Under the pieces are notes generated by a model. That model was not told where the DNA came from. It did no database searches and saw nothing but the letters and a program-made list of their open reading frames with translations. Both the position numbers and the translations under genes were made by a program. This document shows, in pieces, positions 14,901 to 30,188 of a stretch of 64,000 nt of DNA. Within the stretch, counting starts at the first letter, position 1. Each line of letters begins with the position of its first letter. Source of the DNA: Auanema rhodensis (lineage: Eukaryota > Animalia > Nematoda); NCBI GenBank assembly GCA_964057225.1, contig OZ059896.1, positions 16,864,001-16,928,000 on the forward strand. The letters are read 5' to 3'.

Positions 14901-17900
14901 AATATATAAACTTTTATGATTTTTTTTATAAATTTCTTTAAACAAATCGTCTTCTTCTTCGATCACAAGTTACTCGAAATAAGATATATTTGAAAAATCA
15001 AATAAAAAAAATGAAGAAAAAGGGATATAATTGACTATCATTTACAAGAAAATAAACTATGTGTCACTGACTTTATTGTCTAAAATATTTTAATAAAGTA
15101 TGTATGCTGATGATTTCTGTCTTCTTATTCTTTTTCATCATTACCATCATCCCTATAATGTTATCCATTCTCTTTTTTTTTAGTTTTTCAACAATCAACA
15201 CAATTATCAATGTATCTTTCTTATTTTCTTCCTCCTTCTTCTATTTCTTATTTCTTCTTATTTCTATCTCTCATTTACTATCTCTTTCTCTATTTCTTTC
15301 TACCAATATATGTAATATATCTCTCTCGTCCTCACCTTTTTGAAAAATTTTAGAAAAAAGTATTGCGGAAGAAATTCTTTGGCAGAAATCTTACATAGTA
15401 TCTTCAATTCATTTTTTTTAAAATTTCATATAACAGAAGCAATATACATTGAATTGACTTATTCATATATCTATAGGTATATATGAGCTATTCTATAGAT
15501 TATCCAATATTCGTTTACTTCTAGCAACTTGCGAATTAGCTGTTCACCACAAATTCATAAGTAATTCAAACAAAAGTTTTTTTTCCACCAAAAAAAGTAT
15601 GCAGCTTCTGCTTTTTTGAATGGAAAATCCAATATTTTTTGAATTATATTCTACTTAGCTTTTTAATGCTTTGAAGCAACTTAGTTAACTAAGTTAAGTC
15701 GTCGATTGTGCCAATGCCATCATCTAATTTAATATTGGTGACCTAGAAATGAGATTTAATATTATCAATGATACCTATTTTATCTTTAACTATTTTTATT
15801 TTGATCTGAATCTTAGTAGAACTTCTATTTTCTATTTATCCAACTTATATAAAAATTTTGCTTTTTGAGCCATAAATTTCAAGTATTTTCATCTTTTCTT
15901 TTATAAATCTTTTCATATATTATCTACATGTATTCAAAGATTGGAAGAATAAAGAGGACAGAAAGAGGTAAAATAAAAAGAAATTTGAGAATTTATATAA
16001 ATAATAGAAAATTGTCATCATATCAACAAAGGACATTAAAATTTATCAATAGATCTTTGAGCAACTTTGCCTGTTCGTGTACCCGGGCCCAATAATACCA
16101 TGAAATTTCGTAAATTACCCGAAATTACGAAAAGGGTTGTCTTTTCGATGTTTTTGAATAGAAAAATTAAATAAAGTTCAGATAATTTGAAGAGGTTATT
16201 ATTAAAGTTTTAAAACTTTTTTTTTCATTATTCCGTTTTCATTAGTATAATTTGTCAGAAACTGAATAAATATGAAGTAAACAAGAGAAAAGGTATTTTT
16301 CTACAAATTTTGTTCTTGCTTCAAGTATTCTAAGCACATATCCTCTTTATATTTGTCGTTGCAGGTTCAAATACCTTCTTATACAGCCCATACCAATACC
16401 TGCAAAATGCACACATTTCTTATTCCTAAAAATATTTGTGATACACCTTGTTGTACTTTGTCCTTTCACTTTTTTCTTTCTGTTTCTCTTTCTCTCTCTA
16501 TATCTTTCCCTTCTTTCCTTTTTCTTTTTCATTGTTTTATCTTTCTTTTTCTTTGTCATTTTCTCATATTAAATGTCCCTCGAATAAACTTGCCATTTTA
16601 CTTAATGTTTCTCAAGAACTTGATCTCTGCACTGTACAACTTAATTGAAACTTCTCATATGTTTATTATAAGTTTAATCGAATAATCCAGTAAATTAATC
16701 TTCTTGAGAGAGACTAAAAAAAGAAGAAACAATCTTTTTTTGGTATAACTTCTTTGAGTAAAAAAAAATGTTTTTTGGTCATTCTTGTTCTGATACTATC
16801 ACTCTGTTTCGATGTGTTTTTCAAAATGCTTTTAAAGATATAATCGGCCATAAGGTGATGATGATGATGACACATTGATGTCCTCCTTATTCATGTTGTT
16901 GATAAAGATGGTGATCTTAATTAGCAAGTTTCAACATATTTCTAATATTTTCGAATATTATATATATTCATTTCAACTTCTTCTACGAAATTTGTGAATT
17001 TTCCTAAGTTTTAGTCAGAACATAATGTGCTCTTTTAATATAGATTTGATTTATTCTCACAGATTTGCATCATATACTTTAAATTTTCTCAGTAAAAATA
17101 GTTATGAAATCACTTAAATTGAGTATATTTAGCAAACAGTCGTCTTGATTGCTGGAAAAAAAAACATTTTCCCCAAGAAAACTAATCGAAATATCTCAAG
17201 AAGGAAAAGAGAAGGAAATAACCAAATGCTTCCTCAGCTTATCTCATGTCCTCATGTTGCTTAGAAAATATATTTCTAAAACGAGTATTGTTTTTCAGAT
17301 CAGATGACAAAAGAAGACGAACATCTTCTGGAGCATTCTCAATCTTTTACTATTTTTCTCTCTTAGCCAAACAGACAAAAACTTGAAAATTTAGAATAAG
17401 AGGTGCACACATATATAAATCAGATAATTGTGTCTTTGCCATTTAGACGGGGAATTGTCCTTCTTTAAAGTTCTAACAGTTACATCATACATAACCCATA
17501 GTATAAATTTGGGTCAAAGTAATACAGAAGTATTCCAAAACTTTTATTGAAAATCAATTGTTTCTGTTGCAAGCTTCATCTGGCTCACACGTAGCAAAGT
17601 ATTTATATATTATATCATATATGTAAAGGACCATATGTTTTTATAATTTTTCAATTTTAGATAATTATGATTACAAAATAAAGCTTCTGTGATATTATTC
17701 ACATATATCACTTCCTGTTATTTTGAGATTGTAATCTAGGAACCTGAAATTCTCCCAATCTTTCAATTTTCAATTTACCTCTATATGTGTATATCTATAT
17801 GCATATATTTGAATATATATAGATAGATGGAAATATATATATATATATATATATAATTATATATTATGTGATTGTAGTTGTAAATACTGTATATGCTCTT

Positions 17901-20900
17901 TTTTCTTTTTGCATCTTATTTAAAAAAAACTGTGATGTCATACTTCTAATCTAGCTCATTCCTTTCTTTCTCCCTCTCCCCCCCCCCCCTCTCTCTCTCC
18001 CTCATATATGCACTCCAAATTACTACCATAATACCATGTGTACCACAGATCAAGTTATTCCTCTTGTTGCTGCAAAAATAATAAAATAATTCTGTACTCC
18101 TATTTTCTTTAAATATTTATAAAAAATTATCACAACATAAATGCATTTGTTTATTTTTGATTTTTAATTTTTGTCAACAAATAAGAGCAATTAAAGCAAA
18201 AACTCTTGCGCGATAGGCTGTTCTGAAACTATTCGAACAAGTTTGGTTCTTCCCTATTTCATCTTTTTTTTTTAGAATATTCACAACTTTCATGTAATTT
18301 GTTCCTCCTTTCTTTCTTATTCTCTCTTTCTCTTTCTCTCTCTAATATATATATCTCTCTCTATCTCGTTCTCTCTTTCTATTTCTCTTTCTTTTCTATT
18401 ATACTGTTGTTTCTCTTAGTTCTCTTCATTTCATTACACCATTATTGCTTAGTTGTCTAGAAAAAACTTATTACTAGTAAGAAAGTTCGTTAAGATCATG
18501 AAGATCTTTTATGATGGATGATCACAAATATTCAACAATAAAGAATTTTTATTAATTTCAATCTCGCTTTTGGCTTCTACGTTTTCTATCTTAGATCCAG
18601 AAAGAAAATCAATCTAACTGATACTATTTTTAATTCAATAATCTTTATTTCCTTCATTTTATTTTAACCAAACTAACATTTTTTTGTCTATATATTATGC
18701 CAATAGTTCCCTTGAGGCATTTTTCTCATTCAACTTTCTTCGTTTCTTTAAAAATGCTTCAATGATCTTCCAGTTTCAACCAAAAAGTACACAAACGAAA
18801 AACTTATATTAACTTATCCTACTATATTAAAACTCAATTTCATCAAACTTTATTTGTTATATGTTATATATCTTATACAAACCAAGTGCTTATACTAATA
18901 GCTGAGTTAGTTGATCCCTAGCAGAACCACCTATTTGCTTAATCGTTCTTTTTACGTCGCAGATGATGATGATAGGTATTTCATAAAGACATCTATTTAT
19001 AAGTTTTTGCAACCATTTAGTTAATTTGAGGACAAATTTCGAAAAAAAAAACATCTGTTAAATATACTTGTACCTTATCGGTCTATCTTGAATCATCAAA
19101 AACAATATTTTGTTGGAATAAAATATACAAGGAAATAGTATTTTTATGTTGAAAAAACTGAATTTTCTTTATTTATTTGCTTTTAATTTTGAATTTTTAA
19201 TTTCTACAATTTCATGTTCAATATACATATACCATGTTATGTCTAAAGAGGTTTGATTTCTAAATTTGTGTTGTAATCTGCTGAACGGACATAGAAACAT
19301 ATTGCCTAGATGCATATATAACTAATCGAAGTATTCTCATATTCTTTGAATTGAATTTTAACTATTTGCATATATAACCCGAAATTAGTTAAACTACTCA
19401 AAGCCCATCTGAGCTTAAACTGCTATAAATACACGTGCTATATCTCTCTGTATCTCTCTGTCTCGCTCACATTCTCAATGTTTTTTTTGAAACTTATGAG
19501 ATCCTAATCCACATTTTAGGCTGGGATATGCCAATTTCTTTTATAATTTTCTTGAAGATTTTTTAATTTAGCTCAAATTCCAGACTATTGACATAAACAC
19601 TTAATTCGTTCATCTCAACTAAGCCTAGCATACCGAAACCCCATGTTATGTGGGCAGATCTGCCCCTATATGAAGTTCAATTTCAGCAAAACTTTATTTT
19701 TTCTATATTATCAAATCTTACACAATATTCTAAGAATAATATTATATTTCATCAATTTTTGTTTTTATTCGAAAAAAAAATTAGAATTAAACGAAAAATG
19801 CCACTTACACACTCGAATTAGCTTTTTGCAACAATCTATCACATCTTATGGTCATCCGCTTTAATTAATAATTTTTAATATTTAAGTAATCCATTACTAT
19901 TACTTTATGTAATTTTTTTGGTATACTTGTCATATTAGTTCAAACACCATCATTTCAATACTGATGGAATGAAGCAAGCAAAAAATTATTTTGAATAGTG
20001 CCATTTCGTCATTGGACAAAGCTGGTACTCACACGTAATTGATAGATCGCACGCTCGATCTGATCTTCAACATTTAAATTCATTCCATTCAAAATGATGC
20101 TGACCATTCTATGCATAAACATAAAATATAATTCTTTCTTTTCTTTTTTCTCTTCATTCTTCATTTTTGTCGCCGTCGCTGTCGTCTTCTTATTCATCTT
20201 CACATTCCCAGGCATCAAAAAGCATCAGATGATGTATCATACATCAGTACATTGTTCAAATTATATTCTCTTGTGACATATAGACATATAGTTAAAGAAT
20301 GGAATTGAATGATTTTTGAAAATTATCTTCAGTATTTTCTTTTATTTGGAAACAATCTTTCTCAACTGACAACGATCTACCGTATAGTATATAAATGATT
20401 ATAAGAACTACTATTAAAAAATAAATTAGAACATGTGTAGAAAGGACAATAGACAGCGTTCTATGAGAAGAGGTAGAAGAAAACAGAAAAAATGTTTTGG
20501 TTGTTCTCTACATACAAAGATTCTCGACCATTTAGAAAGCTTTTTGATGTATCTATATGTCTATCTTTCTTTTTTTTTTCTTCAATTTTTTTCAACTCAG
20601 GAAGTACATATGATTGAGTAGGATGATATGAGATCAAGAAGTATCTTTTCATATTTTGCTGATTTACTCATATAATTCCATCAAAACACAGGAAATTCGC
20701 ATTTTCTTCTTCCATAGATCTTGAGTATATTCTGCATGTTCTTCGCTTTTTTCCATTTTCATTGCAAGAGCTAGTACCTTTGACTTAGGAATAAGATTGA
20801 CTGCGAAGAAAAAAAAGAAAATTAGCAGTTACTATACATATGATCGATATATTTAACTATAATAACATCTATTTTACACGTAAAATATATAATAATAATA

Positions 20901-23900
20901 TATATTAAACTAGGACTAAATAGGAGCTTTCTAATTATGCCCAACAATTACGTATATGACAAACATAAACGAATATCGTCACAGCTTTCATGCTTTATGA
21001 ATCTGATACAGTGTTACTGTTGTTTCTATTCCATTATCTCAACACCATTCCCTTTTTATATATTCAAAATCCTGCTAATGCTGATATGCAGATGAACATA
21101 CTGCTCATTAACTGCAGAAGAGCTGTAAGAATTAGGTGCAGAGAGCAGATAATTTGAATTAAATTTGATAGACCAACAGTGAAACTATTCAGTATTCATT
21201 TGTTCAAGCAGCTGTCTTAGTTTGTCTAACTTTTATTCTATTTGTTTATTTATTTATATCTATATATCTATATATATAGTCATATATCATAAACAGTTTT
21301 TACCATTTCCGATTTATTTTCTTCTAATTCTTGTTTTTTTTTTAAATAACTCTTCTTACTAAATTTATCTCTCATAATATTAATTGATTAATTGTTACAT
21401 TAAAAACATATAATATTATAAATAATATATTAAATAGGACATTAATATAATATTATATAAAATTCTTTGTTAAAGTATGAGTTCAAATACTAATTTGGTT
21501 GATTAGCATAAAATAACTTTTTGTTCGCATGTAATAACCACTCACGTGAGTAGCGTGAGCAAGTAATTATTCATTTTGCCCATCAGCTTTAACACTGAGC
21601 GGTTGTAGTTTACAATAGTGTATGTGAGAGAGAGAGAGTATAAAAACTTTTAAAAAAGAAAGAAACAGAGTGGTATTGACAATTTAACTGAAAAAATGGG
21701 AACAAAGTATGGAGGAAAACCTACAGGACTAACGAGCAAAAAAAAAGGAATTAGATATTGATCTGCACTTCAAACTTGTTTCGTTCATTTCAATGATTTT
21801 TCCGTATTCTAAAAATAATCAAAGAAAACTATAATAAGATTATTATTTTTGTTTTGTAGATATGAGAAGCATTTCTTATTTCCAAATGAAGATGCTAACC
21901 ACAACTTTTTCGAATGAGGAAGTCTTTCGACTAATGATTTCATGGTCTCTTTGAAATCCAGCTTTTGAAACCCCGAAATTTTATAATATTAAATTCAAAT
22001 CTTTTCAAATAAAAGAATTAATAATTATTAACCATTCCGTCTGTTTTCAAATAAGTGTATTAGTTTTCAAAAGAAAACTTATATGTGCTCAGATCAGACA
22101 GTTTATAATAAAGACATATATAAATATACAAATTAAAAATGAAACACTCAGAAAATAAATTTTAAATAATTGATATTTAAATAATATTTAATAAATCTCT
22201 ACAATATGATTTAGAAAAACTATAAGAGCATATATTCACTTTAAACCAGTGAAACAGGTTGAGTTCATTGAGAGCGACTAGGAAACACGTTAGATATTCT
22301 GCTCCAAGTCATACTTATTCTAATAATTTTAAAGTTATTTTTGAATATATGTACATATGATATGACTAAAATTCAGATAAAAAATGAATTAACTGGATGA
22401 AAATGAAGATAATGTTTAGTATAGTAAATCCAATAATACTGTATTTATACTATTTATAATCATATTATATATGTATATTTCCTTATACATATGTATATTT
22501 GTATATCAATCGACATACATAATTATATTTTTTTTTCTTCGACTCAGAAAATTGTAATGAATGGCTGATTTCAATAGATGAAAGCTGACGATTATCAGCA
22601 GATCATTCGACAATTTCCGTTTTTGAGAAGACTACCCATTAGAACTGACGACACGAACTTGAAAAGCAACAACTGAGTTATTCATAGTTATAACATCTAG
22701 TATATTTATATATAGCTTCGTCAGAATGTATTTCATTAAATTTTATCATACAGACTACTCATTCATTAGATTTTGAAATGTTCGTTCTTATTCTTTGTTT
22801 TTTTCCTTTTTTACCTCTTTTCATTTTCACTTTTCTACTACAATGTGCTTTTGCCATCCTCGGATCTCTTCTTCATAGAATGCTACATCTCTTCTTGCTA
22901 AACAAAGCTAATCATCCTAATCTGAAATAATTCAAAGAAAGAGAGCTATTGAAGAAATAATAACAATTTTTTTTCGTGACTATCCTATTAACTTAATAAT
23001 ATTAAGATCTTTGAAATAAGTAATTTTTGAAAAAAATAAGGTGCAATATTGAAAAAGGAGAGAAAGAGAGAAAAAATAGAAGAGAGCAAAGAGAATATGA
23101 AAAAGTAACTATGGGTGGAGCATAAAATTAGAGTTGATTTCCTTGTCAGAATCACTAACATCCATGTAATTGCTGTTGATTTAACTAAAATATAATATAT
23201 CTTATACTTATATCCATATGTATGTATTATTTTCTTTTTATTCCAGCTATTTCTAAGTTTTATTTAAAATTCAAAATTATTGAGATGAAAAGTTGTGTCA
23301 TTTACATGATTTCTGCAGCAATGATATTCAGTATATATTTATTTTTTTATATTTTTTTCTTCAATGTCTTCGTTTTGCAAGCAATTATTATTATAAATTC
23401 TTATTCAAAAATAATATTAAAAAAGATAATTAATTATATAAATATGTTATAATAATTTTTAAAATTTTTAATTTTTGAAAGAAACAATCGTGTTACACGT
23501 GTGACTGAAATTAAATGACGATTATATGAAATTCCACGTGAAATCTTTACGCTTATTACATTTGATCATTTGCTTTTTATATTCTTGTATACCGAAATAT
23601 AAAACTCTTCTACCCTCGTTATGAAATATATGTTTCGCTGAAAAAAAAAAGATAAAGAGAAGAATAAGAGTCAAGAAAATGAGAAAAGTGCTTGATGGTG
23701 AATAGAGAAATGGGGTGGATGAGATGAAGCGAAGGATGAAGACAAGAAAGAAATTGAAAGATATAGATGGTGAATGAGAGAATCAGAGTGGTATTCAGCT
23801 AAGTCAGAGAAATTCAAACAATCAAATATCAATGGTTCTTTCATTTATTGATAATAGTAATGAGAGATTATACAAATAACTAAATATTCAATTCTGTATA

Positions 23901-25592
23901 ATCATGTTTTCAAGTGATTGGGCAGTCACCTTTCATTATGCAGTTGAAAATAAATTACTGAAGCAGAAACTCCTTCTTGAGAATCATCTCTGAGCTTTAA
24001 AACTTGAATTGTATGGCTCAAAATTCATTTAATTTAAAAATGAGATGGAGAAATAGAAAAAGCAAAAGCAACACTATCTCATTTAAGCATATACTATGTA
24101 GATTTGATGATTGTAATGATGCTATGTTTTGATTTTGTTTCAAATGTGAAAAGAAGTAGATATCATACTGAATGTAAAAATATTAACTCTCATTGTTCAA
24201 CTATAACTATACGTATAGTTAGCATTTTCATTCACAAGAACTATCTGTAAAGCCATTTTTCGTTTTCAGCCTCTTAAGCCGTAATAAGCTAGAAGGATAA
24301 TGAGTTGAGCTGCAACATTGATCTATTGATGTCTATGGGTTAGTACCGCTGAGTTCAATGCAATTGGTCTCTTTCGTCAAGTTTCAGTCTATATCCTCTA
24401 ACTTGTTCGAAGCCTAATTTGTAGAATAAGAGAATGAGGATGTGAAATAAGCAACTTCAGACAACCCGTCAGCTTCTGGCCAGACAAAAATTAGTGAGAT
24501 TAAGGGAGAAAATAGAACTTAGGTCTCGCAAATTGTGGTCAAAGACCCGTGTCTCATAAGCAGTTTCTCGTTTTCCATTCCTCATACTCATCCCTATCTC
24601 TCAACTATTCCTCTACCTTCATCCTACTATTTCTAAGATATCTTCCATCTTGTTATCGAAATCTATCTTTCTCTTCCGCTCCCAATCTCAACTCTCAAGA
24701 AAAAGCAAGAAGACACCTTTTCGGCATTGACCAACCATTGTATCATCTTCTTTGGATTGATATTCTATTTTGGCAATATGAGGCCATCTGGAGCCCGCAT
24801 AACATATTCAAAAAGCTTCAAATCTATATTCAGAAGCCTATTTATCTATCATTTTCTTTCAGTTTTCAATTTATTACTCCAGTGCAAGTATTTACATCGA
24901 TGCTATACATGATTGTCCTATTCTTTCCTCATTTTTTCTTTATTTTTCCAAACTTGTCGAATCTGTTTTTAGATGATGTTTCAAATGTTCAGACAACTTT
25001 TGCTTGAATCTTTGGTTTTTTACTTATTACCTTGAGGCACTTTTTGGTCTAATTATTGATACAAACATATATTTATTCATTTGATTATACTATCATTTCT
25101 ATATTATTATTCAATTTAATTTATCTACTAAACTTTTTTCTTTCTTCTATTCAACCAATTTTTAAAATCTAAATAGCTTGCCACACAAGTATAGCCATCA
25201 CAAACAAAATTCAAATCAAAATAAACCGTTTGTTTAATCAAACTTCCTCATCATTTAATTAATTACAAATTTAAATCTTAATCTTTTACATGATATTAGA
25301 TGAGAGATTACTATTTTTCGAAGCTGAAATGGTTGAATGCTTTTGTTGCCACAAGAAGGAATGTATTGTTTCGAATTTTAAACGATGGGGGTATTCAAAT
25401 CAATAACTAAATGTTGTTGTTTTCTTTTTCATTTTTTTTGATTTTGTCTCAATTTAACTAAAAAAAAACGTCTCAACTCATAAAAATATAGATATTAGGA
25501 TATATTATATGTACATATATACTTACATATGTATATTATATACATTTAACGATCGTCGGTCAGATAAACCAATGGAATGTGAAATCTCTCCA

Positions 25593-25595
<3 letters not shown>

Positions 25596-25650
<55 letters not shown>
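25596..25650 (+). repeat. (TC)n microsatellite upstream of the first GPCR; a second tract lies at ~26002-26050
   Basis: Read directly. Confidence 0.95.
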
Positions 25651-25654
<4 letters not shown>

Positions 25655-25999
25655 TTTTCTAAATCCCATTAACTATTTATCATTTATATTGTTTTCAATT
25701 CAAAAATTAATCAAGATTTAACCTCTTGTCATTCCATTCATTTATTTCCTTTCGGCATTACAAACATTCTCTTGTCTTAAATATACTTATTCTATGATTA
25801 TCTATATGCTGCAGTTTGATATGTCTAGAATAGTCCACCTTTATAATCCTAAAACAAGCTAAGGCCATTTTTACCGTTGAACAACGAGAAAACAAAAGAA
25901 GTTTTCAATATTTTGTGTAAGATATTATGAAAGAAAAAGAAAAACTCTTCAAGACTTCAAAGATCACTTATGTGTCTTTTATACTTTAAAGCTTCACAA

Positions 26000-26054
<55 letters not shown>

Positions 26055-26157
26055 CTTTTTCTTTTTTTCAGCCATCAAACGCAAGATATTATTTTTTAAT
26101 TTGAAATAAAATATTATCTTAAACAGATAATAAGTAATAATTATATTTTATAGATTG

Positions 26158-29100
26158 ATGGATAATACAACTATGCGAAACTGTACGTATCGATATTCTT
26201 CTTCTGATAGCATCACATCTATTGCTCTTTGGATTGACGTTAGTTTTCCTTTTGTTACAATCATTAAGTTTTTTGAAAAATATGTTTCTAAATAATATAT
26301 TTATATAATATAAATAGATATTGTTTTGTTTTCAACAGCTTGAAATCCAATGATTTAACTTCAGCTTAATGATCATAACTTTAGGGACCATGTACGTGTA
26401 TAGCAGCATTATTATCTCTTATTGGAGCATATTTTGCTGTCAGGTTTTTAAAGCGAGCCGGGCTTAATAAAGATTTAACAGCAGGTAATTACATGATTAG
26501 CTTTGTTTTTTCTTTTAATTTGTTTTGGCCTTTTGTATATACCCATATTCATCTGAACCAATAGAATATGGATAATGTGTGTAAGCGCAAATGAAAATGT
26601 TGTATTTGCAACTTGCAGCATTATTAGCAACATTATAGAACAATAAACTCAATAGAAATAAACAAGCGTGCAAAATCTAAATTTCAGCATTATTCTCCTT
26701 ATGTTTGATTGATGTACTACTTATGATAACTGTTGTTTTGTTTTACTGTATAGAAGCTATTGGAGTTCTACTTACTGGAACGAATATTATGTATAAGCAT
26801 CAAGCTTTTACAAGTAGTTTACATGGAGTTGCTAGCAGTATGACTACTTCTTCCGTAGGTTTTTTTCAATTTTATCTTTTCAACTATGTTCAAATATGCT
26901 TTTGAATACTCATGCATTTGTCTTTCTTCTTACCTTATTGCAATTTCCTTAAATTACATTCTCCTATTGTTCTTATAGACAATGCTTGTTATCTACATAA
27001 CTTTTCTTCGTTTTATGGTGGTGATGAGGCCACTTCGCTATGCAAGACAATACTCATCGCGTGGCTTAAAGCAGGTAATTTGATGATTTTCTTTTGAAAT
27101 ATTTTCATATTTTATCATTTACTTATGATATACTTATACATATATGCATCAAATGTATATTCAATTATCTATTTCAGGGGTTTCAAAGTGGAAAACATCG
27201 AAAGTCGTGCTCTACTGCTCAAGAAGAGTTAGCACCACCTATGATTACAATTCGATCATATTCACGAATTTCTACTAAACATCCAATTGAAATTAAGAAA
27301 TTTTTAAAGCCATATCTACTTCCAGGTAATATTTATTATTAAATATATATATATATATATATATATATAGTAATATACGTAATCTTATTTTTATTTTCAG
27401 GGCTTGTTATTCTTTTTAGTTTTGCTGTTAATATTCCAGTATATTTTGAATTTACTGTTGATAAATGCTTTGATGTTGAACAAAATGAAGAAGCATCATG
27501 TCCAGCACCAACAGTTTTTCGATCATCTGTAAGTATTCATTGCATATTCTATTACGACTTTATTGAATATATTCATTTCTTTTCTTTATAGTTCACTCGT
27601 TACAAAGCTGTTTTAATGACATTAACTCAAACAGTTGGACCCGTTGCGACTATTCTGATATTAACTTTGATGACTGAATACAGAGTTCATATCAGTTTAA
27701 AAGCTCGACGAAAGTATGTTAATTAATATTTTTATTTTAAGCTCATGAAATTCTTTCAACTTACTACTTTTAGATTGTTTGAAAGCCAACAACGAAGTCG
27801 GTCAGTTGTATTATCAGAAGAACTTAAAGAACGGGTCTCACGCACAGTAGCTATATTCATTGCAATCAAGTTTTTAATATTCAGGCAAGAATTTGAGAAA
27901 ACTTATAATCTTGAAAACAACTTATATTTTGTAAATTTAGATCTATGCCGGTATTTTTTGATGTTTATGAAAATTTATATGGAATTGAATCGTTTGGAGT
28001 TTTCTTGTCTGTGTTAGTGCGAGTTTCGGATTTTATGATCGTCTTGAATTCTGCAACAAACTCTCTAGCATACTTTGGCAAAAAACGGTAATTAGTTTAC
28101 TTAACTATTTACAACATGTAAAGAATTTTGTAAATAATCAAATATAAATATAATATATTTATAAAATAAAAAAATTGAAATAAGAATTTTTAATTATGAT
28201 CTTACATTTCTTTTTTTTTTGTAAATTAAAGCATAAACTCAGTAAACATTTACTAATCATGATAAGCTTTTTTTAATAAATAAATTTATGAAATTCAATA
28301 AAATTGTTTTTTTCAGATGGCTGGAGAAACGTTTACGTTTCCGTCTTCTGAAGAAAGAACAAAAACGAATCCAGAAAGCTGAAGGAAGTGATCGAAGATC
28401 CAGTAGCCAAGTGAGTTCTTTTTCACATATGATATACATGTGTATATGAAATTCACCTACATGTGTAGATATACTTCCTTATTGAAATCACTTTCCCATC
28501 CTGCAGTACCTTTCTCTTCGTTAAGCAATTGCATGAAGAGCTTAATATGATGTTTCCGTTTGAAGCTGTGTGAGAGGTGCAAATTAAACTAGAAGGAAAG
28601 AATCGGTGCAAATGTGTAGGAGAAGAAATGTTGAGGACAGAGGATGTATATATACAAAGGAAGAAATTATTATTTAAGATATGATGGAGAGGGAGTTGAA
28701 CGACGGAATGTCGGGTCATTTAGTTTTCTGTTTTCTATATTAGTAGAAAATATAATATATATATATATATACTATATGTATATGTAGGATTGAAAATTAT
28801 AAAAACAAAAGAGATGTAGCACATGCAAGATAGAAGGCTTAAGAAGAAGGCTATTAGTATCCACTGTGCTATAGATGCCAATTAGCACAAACATAAGGAA
28901 AACGTATTTTACATTTCTCTTCCTTTTTCTTCTTTTTTTTTCGTCTTCTTGACCCTCTCCATTAACTTCACTGCTTGTCGTAACTTTTCTTTTTCTCCGT
29001 CATGTATATCCATCTAATTTCTATGTAGTTCTTCAACTTGTTTCAATTGTTTTAACTCTCGCCACTCCGGAGTTAACTTTGCTCGAGTGACATCGATATG

Positions 29101-29533
29101 TTCATGTATGTATGTAGAAGAAACATGAAGCAGGGATATTCTACTCTTTTTCTTTTGAACATATTCAAACAGCATGTCATGACTCGATATTGGAACATTC
29201 ATTGAATGGTATACATATGTATAAATAGAGAAATATATTAAAAAAAAGAGAGAGAGAGAGATAAATTGGAGAGTGGGACATGAAAACTATACGAATCTGC
29301 TCTTTGTTAACAATATCTTCCTTTTTGATTAATTTTTCTTATTTTAACAAACATGAGTGAAAAAAATCTAAATTGCTACATGTGAATGTGAAATTATTTA
29401 AAAATAAATAACATTTTTTCAGAGTGAACGAAAGAGCACTGTAATAGCAATGAATGGAGCTTTTCGTCAAATTACGAATGGAAATGAATTCAATGGACAA
29501 CTGCTGGACAAGGAGAGCTCAAACTATGTTTGA
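26158..29533 (+). CDS. Class A (rhodopsin-like) 7TM GPCR, nematode peptide-receptor-like (FRPR-type/orphan), 11 exons, ~434 aa
   Basis: Hand-spliced exons 26158-26238, 26385-26484, 26688-26854, 26979-27074, 27178-27325, 27401-27528, 27592-27713, 27774-27884, 27941-28087, 28317-28410, 29423-29533 total 1305 nt, open and phase-consistent. N-terminal sequons NTT and NCT; seven hydrophobic segments; TM3 end YITFLRFMVVMRPLRY; TM4 FAVNIPVYFEF; TM7 SDFMIVLNSATNSLAYF; C-terminus ...DKESSNYV*. Confidence 0.9.
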
Positions 29534-29644
29534 AATAGTCACGTTCAAATTATTTTCTCCTTCAGAAATTATTATTTTACAATTTTTATTTTCATCAAAA
29601 ATATGATGTATGTATAGGGCAAAAAACTTTTATTTAATCTCATG

Positions 29645-29872
29645 AAAAGTTTATTTGAATATTTACGAGTAATTATGTTATAATAATAATAATAATAATC
29701 CAAATCTAAATATTATTATTAATAATAATAATTTCAAATCTAATCATATCATTCTATGCTTCAAAAAACTTGGAAATATAGTTTCAAACTCATATTTTTT
29801 TGATTTCTTTTCGAAATTTAAAAGAGAAAGAGAGAGAGAAACTTTTTTTGAAATTTTTTTATCTGCCACCCA

Positions 29873-29926
<54 letters not shown>

Positions 29927-30188
29927 ATTCGGCTTCTTGTCATTATCTTCAACATTCCGTTGTATGTTCATCATATTCTGCATCAGTGATTCAATTCATT
30001 TTCAAATTTCATACTTGTCTTCTCATTCCTTGCCTGAATTTTATGAGCTGATCTCAATTATTATGTATTATAATTATTATTTTGTTTTATTAAAAATATT
30101 TTATGAAAAGAAAATTATGAAAATATTTTTTCTTTTTTTTTATTTAAAAATCGAAAATTTTCTAATTTTTCAACAAAATAAACAAACA
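29645..30188 (+). repeat. Direct repeat copy A (~544 bp) of a local segmental duplication
   Basis: Near-identical to 35643-36180; differs by (CT)n length and about one substitution. ORF-track pairs 29800/35798 and 29937/35929 are nearly identical. Confidence 0.97.
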
